From an uncultured Vicinamibacterales bacterium (GTDB lineage Bacteria > Acidobacteriota > Vicinamibacteria > Vicinamibacterales > JAKQTR01), in assembly GCA_964396055.1 (NCBI GenBank), contig CAYNDV010000003.1:14423-78422 (forward strand): DNA of 64,000 nt. Reading direction: 5' to 3'. Positions 27,901-36,766 of this stretch are shown here, one piece after another (position 1 is the first letter of the stretch; each line of letters begins with the position of its first letter). Below the pieces are notes generated by a model. That model ran no database searches, had not been told where the DNA came from, and saw nothing but the letters and a program-made list of their open reading frames with translations. The translations under genes were made by a program, and so were the position numbers.

Positions 27901-27982
27901 GGCCGGGCATCTTACTCGGGGCCAGGGCCCGGGGGCTAGGGGCGACCCGGAGCACGGTCGAAGGGTCGGGGCTGGCGGCTCG

Positions 27983-29611
27983 TTATCGGAGCGCCCGGTA
28001 CGTGAAGCCCCTGAAGCGTACCTCACCCTGGCCCGCCGCGTAGAGCGCCGGCCGCAGGCTGAGGAAGTCGTACGCCACGTTGTGGTGATAGCCGGACACC
28101 TCCATCCGTGTGCCGAACCGCTCCCACGCCTTCCCGTCGGCGCTGTACTCGATGGTGACGATGTGCTCGTCGTTCGTCAGGCGCAGGTGCAGGGTGCGCC
28201 CCAGGTGACCGGGCTTCCCGCTGACCCGCTCGGTGCCGTAGCGGTGCATGACGAAATCCTTGTCCGAGTACCCGAGGCCCGCGTACAGGCGGCTGTTGTA
28301 GAACGTCAAGATGCCGGCCGTGGCTCCGGGGTCGATCTCAACCTCCACCTGAATCTGGTAGGCATGGTCGCCGGTCACGAACCACAGCGGCGAACTGTCG
28401 GCGGGCGTCGTGCCGCGGGCCTTCAGCACCAGCGTGCCGAGGTCGAACCGGTACCGCTCCCGATCCGTGTCGGTGCCCTTGTAGAAGCTCCACTGCACGC
28501 CCATCTTCTCCGGCGTGAACGGCCCGCTGAACGGGAACCCGTGGGGCCCCGCCGTGGGCGCCGGCATCCGGATCGGCCGCGCCACGTCCTCCCCCGCGGC
28601 CTTGAACCAGCCATCGTCGGTCCACACCACGGGCTCCAGGATCGTCTGCCGCCCGAGGTTGTAGAAGCCGTTCTCGTACGCGTGATAGACGACGTACCAC
28701 CGGCCGTCCGGGCCTTCGACCAGGGTGGCGTGACCCTTGGACCACCAGCGTTCGTCGCGTGAGACCGTGCGGATGATGGGGTTGTACGGCGAGTTCTCCC
28801 ACGGGCCCTCGATGGTCTTCGATCGCGCCGCAATCACCATGTGGCTGGTGGGCGGTCCGGCCGTGCCGCCCTCGGCCAGCACCATGTAGTAGTAGTCGCC
28901 CCGCTTGAGCATCTTCGGGCCTTCCTGGGCAAAGCCTTCCACCACCCAGTCGGCGGGGTACTGCCAGCCGTCGTAGACCTTCTTCATGGGCGCGGTCACC
29001 GACAGGCCATCCGAGGCCAGCGGCACCATGAAACCGCCGCTGAGGAACAGGTACCGTGCACCGTCCGGGCCGACGACGTGGCCCGGGTCGATGCGGCCGA
29101 CCTTGAGGTCGATGGGGTCGCTCCACGGCCCGCGGATGTCGTCGGCCCAGATGACGTAGTTCGATCGGTACGGCGACCCGATGCCCGGGAAGTAGATGTA
29201 GTAGCGGCCCCGGTGCTTCACGAGATCCGGGGCCCACACCGAGCCGACGTTTCGGGCGAGCGCCGGGCCGATCGGCTGCCAGTTCACCAGGTCGCGCGAG
29301 TGCCAGATGACGAGGCCGGGGTAGGCATCGAACGACGAGAACGTCATGTAGTAGTCGGCGCCGTCCTTCAGGATTGAGGGGTCGGGATGATCGCCGGCGA
29401 CGATCGGATTCAGGAAGGAGCCGTTGCCGAGGTCGGCCTTGCGCTGGCCTTCGACCCCGCGGGCCCAGGGCGAGCCGGGTGATGGCGGGTCCTGGCTGGC
29501 GTGTGGCAGAGACGACACCAGGAAAGCCGCCGTCAGTATCAGCGCCATAGAGGACATACCACTGATCTTGCGTGGATGGCCGGGTGTGTTCCCAATCGGT
29601 TCCTGGGTCAT
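27983..29611 (-). CDS. GH43-family glycoside hydrolase (beta-xylosidase/alpha-L-arabinofuranosidase type) with a C-terminal beta-sandwich
   Basis: Motifs NPIVAGDHPDPSILKDGADYYMTFSSF, WAPDLVKHRGRYYIYF and EGPKMLKRGDYYYM. An alternative start at 29557 (MSSMALILTAAFLV) gives a cleaner signal peptide. Confidence 0.85.
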   Translation of the reverse strand: MTQEPIGNTPGHPRKISGMSSMALILTAAFLVSSLPHASQDPPSPGSPWARGVEGQRKADLGNGSFLNPIVAGDHPDPSILKDGADYYMTFSSFDAYPGLVIWHSRDLVNWQPIGPALARNVGSVWAPDLVKHRGRYYIYFPGIGSPYRSNYVIWADDIRGPWSDPIDLKVGRIDPGHVVGPDGARYLFLSGGFMVPLASDGLSVTAPMKKVYDGWQYPADWVVEGFAQEGPKMLKRGDYYYMVLAEGGTAGPPTSHMVIAARSKTIEGPWENSPYNPIIRTVSRDERWWSKGHATLVEGPDGRWYVVYHAYENGFYNLGRQTILEPVVWTDDGWFKAAGEDVARPIRMPAPTAGPHGFPFSGPFTPEKMGVQWSFYKGTDTDRERYRFDLGTLVLKARGTTPADSSPLWFVTGDHAYQIQVEVEIDPGATAGILTFYNSRLYAGLGYSDKDFVMHRYGTERVSGKPGHLGRTLHLRLTNDEHIVTIEYSADGKAWERFGTRMEVSGYHHNVAYDFLSLRPALYAAGQGEVRFRGFTYRALR

Positions 29612-29660
29612 GGCGGGGTCCTGTGGTCGATTTCGGCTGAGATTGCGTTCTGTTCGGGTA

Positions 29661-29700
29661 TTGACCCCTGGATTTCACAATAGATCTTGACATCCGTCAA
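29661..29700. promoter_or_regulatory. AT-rich divergent control region with TTGACC and TTGACA hexamers and a TTGAC-N4-GTCAA palindrome
   Basis: TTGACC at 29661-66. TTGACatccGTCAA at 29687-29700. The region sits in the 283-bp gap between divergent GH43 and the TonB-dependent receptor. No clean -10 element could be assigned. Confidence 0.3.
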
Positions 29701-29894
29701 GGAATGGTTTTTTCTAGTGCCAGCGCCGATTGGATTGTCCACTTTGCGTCTGGCTGAGATAGTTGTCAGGCGGATCGAGACGGCCTCCTGGACAAGGGTT
29801 CGACGGCGCCCGCCGCACTTACGTTGGTAGGGGGAAACCGGTTCACGCCGCAGCGTCCGCGTCGCCCGACGCGTCCGTGTCCCAGGAGGATCGT

Positions 29895-32800
29895 ATGAGG
29901 AAGTTGGTTGTGAGGCTCGCGATCGTCGCGGTCCTCGTCGCGCTGGCCTCGATGGGCGTCAGCGCCCAGGACTACCGCGCCCGCGTGCAGGGCTCCATCG
30001 TCGACAGCAGCCAGGCGGCCCTGCCGGGCGCCACCGTCGAACTGATCAACGAGGCCACGGGTATCAAGGCGTTCAGGGTCGCCGACGGCGAAGGCCGGTA
30101 CCTGTTCGACTTCGTGGAACCCGGCACCTACACGGTGACGGCCGAACTCGCCGGCTTCAAGAAGGCCGAGCGCAAGGGCATCCGCGTGCAGCAGCGCGGG
30201 GACGTCACCGCCGACCTGGCCCTGGAGATCGGCACGCTGGCCGAGACCGTCACGGTCCAGGCGGAGGCCACGCAGGTCCAGCTCAACAGCAGCAACGCGC
30301 AGATCACGCTGGAGCGCCAGCTCATCGACCAGATGCCGCTCAGCGGGCGCAATCCCTACAACCTGGCGATGCTCGACCCGACGCTGAACCCCGGCGTGGG
30401 CAGCACGGCGAACGAGAACCGGCCGTACCACCACGCCTTCGCCAACGACTACGACGCGGGCGGCGGCACGCGGCGGGCCAACGACGTGCTGCTCGACGGC
30501 GTGCCGCTCAACGCCAGCTACAAGACGGCGTACACGCCGGCGATGGACGCGGTCGAGGAAATCACGGTGTCCAAGGCCAGCGCGGACGCCGAGAACGGCA
30601 ACAGCCTGGGCGGCATCATCAGCCTGAACATGAAGTCGGGCACCAACACCCTCAAGGGCAGCGGCTACTACTTCATGCGCGACCCCAGCATGAACGCCAT
30701 TGCCGATCCGACGCTGGTCATCCCGCCCGGCACCGACACGGCGACGCGGCGGGGCGCGAAGCTCAAGATGTACGGCGGCACGGCGGGCCTGCCCATCAAG
30801 AAGAACCGGCTGTTCAGCTTCACGTCCTTCGAGCAGTGGGACGACAACCGGCCGCTCACCATCGTCCGGACGGTGCCGACCGCGGCCGAGCGCGGCGGTG
30901 ATTTCAGCCAGTCGACCCTCAGCGGCCGCGTGCGGACCATCTACAACCCGTACACGTCGGTGGTCAACCCCGCCACGAACCGGGTGATCCGCGATCCGTT
31001 CGCCGGCAACGTGATTCCGTCGTCGATGATCGACCCCACCGCGCAGAAGATCATGCAGGAGCTGCCGATGCCCAACCTGCCGGGCTTCCAGGACAACCTG
31101 CAGTACGGCATCTACGAGAAGACCGACTACTGGAACTTCTCGGAACGCGTGGACTGGAACATCACGGACAACTGGAAGATCTTCGCGCGGTACGGCCAGT
31201 TCAAGGCCAACCTGTACCAGCAGAACCCGACCGACGCGGGCTACTTCCCGCTCTCGGGCAGCAACCGCTACGGCATGAGCTCGGCCGCCGACGCCGTGTG
31301 GGTGATGTCGAACAAGGCCACCCTCAACATCCGCGGCAGCTACTACAACATGACCGACGAGTACTACAATCCGTCGCTGCTGCTGGGCGCCGACGGCCTC
31401 GCCGGCTACTGGCCCAACAACCCGTGGTACTCGTCGCTCTACAACAGCGGCTACGTCTACTACCCTGCGCTGGACGTGACCAGCGGCAGCGGCACCGGCA
31501 CCACCAACCGCCTCGGCCGCCAGGGACGCGAATGGTTCCAGCATCCCAACGCCTGGACGGCGTCGGCCCGCATGAACTGGTACGAGGGCCGGCACAATAT
31601 GAAGTGGGGCGCGGAAGTTCGCTCCTACTACGGCGAGGCCGCCCGGTTCGAGCCGATCAACCTCGTCTTCAACTCCACCCTGACCGCCAACAGTTCCGAC
31701 TCGCCCGACATCGTCAACACGGGCAACCAGTGGGCGACGTTCCTCCTGGGCACGCTCGACGGTCAGACCAGCGCGCGGCTGGTGCCGCTGCAGACGCCGG
31801 ACTCGCGCGGCTACGGCGCGTACTTCCAGGACGACTGGCGCGTCAACGAGCGCCTGACGCTCAACCTGGGACTGCGCTGGGAGTACGAGCCGGGCGCCAC
31901 CGATGCGGACAACCGGCTGTCGGTGCGCTACGACCTGACGCAGCCGATCCCCGAGATGGTGGCCACACCGCCGGCGATGCCGGCCCAGGCCCTGGCACTG
32001 ATGGCCAGCAAGGGCTACGGGTACACCTATAACGGGGCCTGGGTGTTCGCCAGCGACGACGACCCCAACGTCGTGAACATCACGCCGTGGAACTTCCTGC
32101 CGCGTTTCGGGGCGGTCTACAACCTCGGCGGCGACAAGGTCATCCGGTTCGCCTACGGCCGCTACCTGCGGTCCTACAGCGCGGTCCGTGAGACCCTGGG
32201 CGACTACGTCAATCAGTACACGGGCTACGCCCAGACCACCAACACGCTCGGCCTGGCCAGCGGCGTGCCACGCCAGGTGCTGGCCAACCCGTATCCGGCC
32301 GGCGTCAACCCCGTCATCGAGGGTTACGGGCAGGCCTACGGACGCTACACCGGCCTCGGCGGCGCGATCAGCCTGGACGAGTGGGAGCAGCGGCCGCAGA
32401 TCAACGACCGGTTCAACGTGTCCTACCAGCAGAAGATCTGGCTCGGCATCGTGGCCGACATCAGCTACTTCTTCAACTACGGATCGCGGGTGCCGTACGA
32501 CGTCAACCTGAACATGATGGACCCGGCGTTCCGGTACGAGCTGAAGACCGGCATCACGACGCAGGTGGCCAACCCCTTCCGCAACTACCTGACCGTGGAC
32601 AAGTTCCCGGGCGCCCTGCGCAACGCGTCCACCGTGACGATGGGCAGCCTGCTGGTGCCGTACCCGCAGTACACCTCCATCACCCAGACCAACACCAACG
32701 GGCGCGTCGCTAAGACGCACACCTTCGAGGCCCGTCTGCAGCGGCCGTTCGTCCACGGCCTGAGCTTCCTCGCGTCCTACGCGTACAACAACGAGAAGCG

Positions 32801-33401
32801 CCAGGAGTGGTTCGACGACATCGCCAACTACAAGGTCCTGACCAGCGGCGGCACGGACGGCTGGGAGTGGCGGCCGGTGGCCGACGTGCCGTTCCACCGC
32901 TTCACCGCCGCCCTGACGTGGCAGATCCCCGTGGGTAAGGAGCGCAAGTACGGGTCGTCGATGCCCACGGCCCTAGACTGGGTGGTCGGCGGCTGGCAGT
33001 ACTCGCTCTCGACGCGCACCTACTCGGGCCGTCCGATTCTCTTCAACACCAGCTACGTCGTGTCGGGGAACCCGAAGCTCGACAACCCGACGCGCGGCAA
33101 ATGGTTCGACACCTCGATGTTCAAGGTGGCCGACACCTACACGCCACGGTCGAACCCGTGGTACTACAGCGGCCTGAACGGTCCGGGCTGGTCGCTGACG
33201 GACATGACCCTGACAAAGAACTTCGCCTTCTCCAACCGGTACCGGCTGGAGGCACGTATCGAGGCCTATAACGCGTTCAACCAGGTCATCTGGGACAACC
33301 CTGACCTCTCCATCTCGAGCTCGAACTTCGGCAAAGTGACGCGCAAGCGCGTCGACGGCAACGGGCGCGAGATCCAGATCGGCGTGCGGTTCGTGTTCTA
33401 A
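29895..33401 (+). CDS. TonB-dependent receptor with an N-terminal carboxypeptidase-regulatory-like domain
   Basis: AGGAGGA precedes the ATG at 29895. Signal peptide is MRKLVVRLAIVAVLVALASMGVSAQ. The CarbopepD_reg-like segment is RVQGSIVDSSQAALPGATVELINEATG...YLFDFVEPGTYTVT. The C-terminus is the beta-barrel end GREIQIGVRFVF. Confidence 0.85.
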   Translation: MRKLVVRLAIVAVLVALASMGVSAQDYRARVQGSIVDSSQAALPGATVELINEATGIKAFRVADGEGRYLFDFVEPGTYTVTAELAGFKKAERKGIRVQQRGDVTADLALEIGTLAETVTVQAEATQVQLNSSNAQITLERQLIDQMPLSGRNPYNLAMLDPTLNPGVGSTANENRPYHHAFANDYDAGGGTRRANDVLLDGVPLNASYKTAYTPAMDAVEEITVSKASADAENGNSLGGIISLNMKSGTNTLKGSGYYFMRDPSMNAIADPTLVIPPGTDTATRRGAKLKMYGGTAGLPIKKNRLFSFTSFEQWDDNRPLTIVRTVPTAAERGGDFSQSTLSGRVRTIYNPYTSVVNPATNRVIRDPFAGNVIPSSMIDPTAQKIMQELPMPNLPGFQDNLQYGIYEKTDYWNFSERVDWNITDNWKIFARYGQFKANLYQQNPTDAGYFPLSGSNRYGMSSAADAVWVMSNKATLNIRGSYYNMTDEYYNPSLLLGADGLAGYWPNNPWYSSLYNSGYVYYPALDVTSGSGTGTTNRLGRQGREWFQHPNAWTASARMNWYEGRHNMKWGAEVRSYYGEAARFEPINLVFNSTLTANSSDSPDIVNTGNQWATFLLGTLDGQTSARLVPLQTPDSRGYGAYFQDDWRVNERLTLNLGLRWEYEPGATDADNRLSVRYDLTQPIPEMVATPPAMPAQALALMASKGYGYTYNGAWVFASDDDPNVVNITPWNFLPRFGAVYNLGGDKVIRFAYGRYLRSYSAVRETLGDYVNQYTGYAQTTNTLGLASGVPRQVLANPYPAGVNPVIEGYGQAYGRYTGLGGAISLDEWEQRPQINDRFNVSYQQKIWLGIVADISYFFNYGSRVPYDVNLNMMDPAFRYELKTGITTQVANPFRNYLTVDKFPGALRNASTVTMGSLLVPYPQYTSITQTNTNGRVAKTHTFEARLQRPFVHGLSFLASYAYNNEKRQEWFDDIANYKVLTSGGTDGWEWRPVADVPFHRFTAALTWQIPVGKERKYGSSMPTALDWVVGGWQYSLSTRTYSGRPILFNTSYVVSGNPKLDNPTRGKWFDTSMFKVADTYTPRSNPWYYSGLNGPGWSLTDMTLTKNFAFSNRYRLEARIEAYNAFNQVIWDNPDLSISSSNFGKVTRKRVDGNGREIQIGVRFVF

Positions 33402-33419
33402 CTCCTCTCCTCCGCTGTC

Positions 33420-33455
33420 GCCGGGGCGAGGCCCACTCGCCCCGGCTTCTTTTTT
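33420..33455 (+). terminator. Rho-independent terminator after the TonB-dependent receptor gene
   Basis: GCCGGGGCGAG-gccca-CTCGCCCCGGC (11-bp stem, 5-nt loop), followed by TTCTTTTTT. Confidence 0.8.
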
Positions 33456-33464
33456 CCCTCCGCC

Positions 33465-36400
33465 ATGACAACCAGGACCCGACTCTCCGGCACCAGGCCC
33501 CGCTTCGGGCGGACGGCGCGGATGTTCTTCGGGCCGGCCTTCATGCTGGGGACGCTGGTCGTCGGCCCGGGGCAGGGACCGGACGGCAAGGTCTGCGCCG
33601 CCGCACCTCAGGATGCCCCGAGGCCTGCTGTCTCGGTGCACGCCGGCGCCGATGGACGCCTCGTCTACACGACGGACGCCGCCGGCACGCGCGTCCTCGA
33701 CTTCTCGCACGCGGGCTACGGCGGCGGCGGCGCGGCCATCCCGGATGTTCCGGTACGGATCGTCGTTTCGCCTGACGGCCGGCGGGACGCCGCCCGCATC
33801 CAGGCGGCACTCGATCTGGTGGCCGACATGCCGGCCGACGCCCGCGGCCTGCGCGGCGCCGTGCTCCTGACCGGCGGCCGGTTTTCTATCGACACGGACG
33901 TGCGCGTACGCGCCAGCGGGGTGGTGTTGCGCGGCTCCGGCACCGGAGACGCGGGCACCGTGCTGGTGGCGGCCGGTACGGACCGCCGATCACTCGTGGT
34001 CGTGGCCGGCAGCGGCGAGCGGACGGTGGACGCCGCATCGCGGGTGCAGGTGGCCGACGACTACGTGCCGTCCGGGGCCCGATCGTTCACGCTCGCCGTG
34101 GCCGGCACGTTCGCCGTCGGTGACCGGGTCATCGTGCACCGGCCGTCCACCGCGGCGTGGATTGCGCGGCTGGGCATGAACCTGTTCGCGGGCTGGCGGC
34201 CCGAGAACCGCCTGCACTGGCAGCCGGGCTCGCGTGACCTCGAGTGGGATCGCACCATCACGGCCGTTGACGGGGCCCGCGTGACCCTCGATGCCCCCAT
34301 CACAACGGCCCTGGATCGCCGCTACGGCGGCGGGTCGCTGGCGAGGTACACGTTCCCGGGCCGGATTCGCCACGCCGGCGTGGAGCACCTGCGGCTCGAG
34401 TCGGCGTACGATCCCGCGCGGCCGCTCGACGAGGACCATGCCTGGTTCGGGATCACCCTGGACCGCGTCGAGCACACGTGGATCCGTCAGGTCACCCTGA
34501 AGCATTTCGCCGGATCGGCCGTCTACGTCGCGCCGGGCGCGACGGCCGTCACGGTTGAGGAGGTGGCGGCGGCGGCGCCAGTGTCCGAGATCGGCGGGTT
34601 CCGGCGGCGCGTATTCGACATTGCCGGCCAACTCGTCCTGGTCCGCCGCTGCCGGAGCGAGCAGGGCATCCACGATTTCGTGGCGGGGTTCGCCAGTGCG
34701 GGCCCGAACGTCTTCCTCGAGTCGCGTGCGGATGGCGCCCTGGATTTCAGCGGGCCGCTGGAGAGCTGGGCGTCCGGCGTGCTCTACGACAACGTCATCA
34801 TCCGCGGCAACGCGATCCGCCTCACGAATGTGGGCACCGCCGGACAGGGACAGGGCTGGGCGGCCGCGAACTCGGTGGTCTGGAACAGCGAAGCCACCGA
34901 CGTGGAAGTGCAGAGCCCGCCGGATGCCGTCAACCAGGCGTACGGCACCAAGGGCGTCGTGACCGGCGATGGCATCGTCTGGGATCCCCGGACCATGCCG
35001 TTCCGCGACTTCTATCGCGGCATGCCGGTCGCGCCGCGGAGCCTGTATCTCACGCAGCTCGCCGAGCGCCTCGGGGCGGACGCCGTCGCCGCCATCGAGC
35101 GGAGGCCGATCGGGACCGATCCAGGCTCCAGCCGCCGGCTGAGCGAGGCCGACGTCGACGCCTTCGAAGCCCGCGTGGCCGCTTCGGCAGCGGGAAGGCC
35201 GGCGCCGCCCCTGCGCGTCGAAGCCGGTGCCTTCATGCTCGGCCCGGACCGGGCCTGGACGGCGCGCACCGGATACTCGTGGTTCCAGGCGCAGATGCCG
35301 CCGGCGCTCGCGAAGATCTTCGGCCCGGCGCTCACGCGCTTCGCGCCGGGCCGGATCGGGATCGGGCTGACCGACGACATCGCCGCCGTGGCCGCCGCGA
35401 TGCCGCCACGGTCCGCGTTCTACCAGCACTACGGTCTGTGGTACGACCGGCGGCGGGTCGATCACAACTACTACGGATCGCCGGAGCAGCGCACCGGCGA
35501 CGTCTGGGCGCCGTTCATGGAACTGCCATGGGCGCGCAGCGGGCAGGGCAAGGCCTGGGACGGATTGAGCCGCTACGACCTCACCCGGTTCAACCCCTGG
35601 TATTTCGATCGCGTGGCGGCGTTCGCCCGCGAAGCCGACCGGCGCGGGTTGATCCTGTACCACCACTTCTACTTCCAGCACTGGCTGCTGGAGAGCCGGT
35701 CGCACTATGTCGACTTCCCGTGGCGGCCGGTCAATGCGATCCAGGACACCGGGTTGCCTGACGAGGTGCCGGCCGCCGACGTGTTCTACGACCTGTCGAG
35801 CCCGCTGCGCCGCGACCTGCACCGCCGCTACATCCGCCACACGCTGGATGTGCTGGGTGATCGGACCAACGTGGTCTTCGGGATCGACCGCGAATACACC
35901 GGGCCGCTGCCGTTCGTGCAGTTCTGGCTCGACACCATCGCCGAGTGGCAGCGGGAGCGCGGAAAGACCGTGTTGGTGGCGCTGGAGATCCCGAAGGACC
36001 AGATGGACACCATCCTCGACGACCCCGTGCGCGGTCCCCTGATTGCGGCGATCGACGTCCTGGGGTGGGTGTACCGGGCGGATGGCTCGTTGTTCGCCGC
36101 ACGGGGCGGCATCAACCGCGCGCCCCGTGAGCAGCGGCCAGACATCGCCACCGCCGCCGAACTCGACGCGCTGAAGACGAAGCTCGGCATTGCGCCAACG
36201 GACCAGAAGGACTTCCTGAGCGGGCCCGAGTTCCAGCGGCTGTTCGACACGCTCTGGGCTGGCTCGAAACCGATGAAGTACCGCGCGTGGCGGGAGTACC
36301 GCGACGCGCATCCCCGCGTGGTCGCGCTGTGGGAGGCCGATGAGTACCCGGCGGTCACGGCGGCCGTCGAACGGCTCGTCCCGACGGAGGCCCGCGCCGC

Positions 36401-36674
36401 CACCAGGCCTGCGGACCTGGTGCGGGCGCCCCGCGCCACCGCGTGGTGTCTGGCGAGGCCGGGAGGCGCGTACCTCGTCTACACGATGGCCGGCGAGCCC
36501 GTGGTGCTCGATCTCCGCGGCGATCCGTCCTCGTACGCCGTCCGCTGGATCGACAGCGCGGACGGCCGCGTGATCGCATCGCTAACCGCGGTGAAAGGCG
36601 GCACAATGGTCACGCTCGAGCCCCCCTTGCCGGGTACGGCCCGTCCGTGGATCGCGTGGATGGAGAAACGGTAA
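33465..36674 (+). CDS. Large secreted two-module protein: N-terminal pectate-lyase-fold (right-handed beta-helix)-like module plus a C-terminal glycoside-hydrolase-like module (family uncertain)
   Basis: 1069 aa. The N-terminal part, DFSHAGYGGGGAAIPDVPV...ARIQAALDLVA...LRGAVLLTGGRFSI...SGVVLRGSG, resembles beta-helix glycanase N-termini. The C-terminal part, LILYHHFYFQHWLLES...VFGIDREYTGP, is TIM-barrel-like. These are assignments from memory of motifs only. Confidence 0.45.
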   Translation: MTTRTRLSGTRPRFGRTARMFFGPAFMLGTLVVGPGQGPDGKVCAAAPQDAPRPAVSVHAGADGRLVYTTDAAGTRVLDFSHAGYGGGGAAIPDVPVRIVVSPDGRRDAARIQAALDLVADMPADARGLRGAVLLTGGRFSIDTDVRVRASGVVLRGSGTGDAGTVLVAAGTDRRSLVVVAGSGERTVDAASRVQVADDYVPSGARSFTLAVAGTFAVGDRVIVHRPSTAAWIARLGMNLFAGWRPENRLHWQPGSRDLEWDRTITAVDGARVTLDAPITTALDRRYGGGSLARYTFPGRIRHAGVEHLRLESAYDPARPLDEDHAWFGITLDRVEHTWIRQVTLKHFAGSAVYVAPGATAVTVEEVAAAAPVSEIGGFRRRVFDIAGQLVLVRRCRSEQGIHDFVAGFASAGPNVFLESRADGALDFSGPLESWASGVLYDNVIIRGNAIRLTNVGTAGQGQGWAAANSVVWNSEATDVEVQSPPDAVNQAYGTKGVVTGDGIVWDPRTMPFRDFYRGMPVAPRSLYLTQLAERLGADAVAAIERRPIGTDPGSSRRLSEADVDAFEARVAASAAGRPAPPLRVEAGAFMLGPDRAWTARTGYSWFQAQMPPALAKIFGPALTRFAPGRIGIGLTDDIAAVAAAMPPRSAFYQHYGLWYDRRRVDHNYYGSPEQRTGDVWAPFMELPWARSGQGKAWDGLSRYDLTRFNPWYFDRVAAFAREADRRGLILYHHFYFQHWLLESRSHYVDFPWRPVNAIQDTGLPDEVPAADVFYDLSSPLRRDLHRRYIRHTLDVLGDRTNVVFGIDREYTGPLPFVQFWLDTIAEWQRERGKTVLVALEIPKDQMDTILDDPVRGPLIAAIDVLGWVYRADGSLFAARGGINRAPREQRPDIATAAELDALKTKLGIAPTDQKDFLSGPEFQRLFDTLWAGSKPMKYRAWREYRDAHPRVVALWEADEYPAVTAAVERLVPTEARAATRPADLVRAPRATAWCLARPGGAYLVYTMAGEPVVLDLRGDPSSYAVRWIDSADGRVIASLTAVKGGTMVTLEPPLPGTARPWIAWMEKR

Positions 36675-36733
36675 CGGGAGCCGTCCCGCTCGCTGTTGGC
36701 ACAACTTTCGCGCCGCTGTTTTAGGTCATTCGC

Positions 36734-36754
36734 AAAAGGGGCCTGGCCCCTTTT
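36734..36754. terminator. AAAAGGGGCC-T-GGCCCCTTTT palindromic hairpin (bidirectional-terminator-like), family copy 1
   Basis: Lies between the stop at 36674 and the next ATG at 36767. A near-identical copy is at 56425-56446. Confidence 0.45.
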
Positions 36755-36766
36755 CGGGAGGCGGAC

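Noticed and set aside
29766-32897. 1043-aa minus-strand ORF
   Set aside because: It is antisense to the TonB-dependent receptor gene and has shadow-ORF composition.
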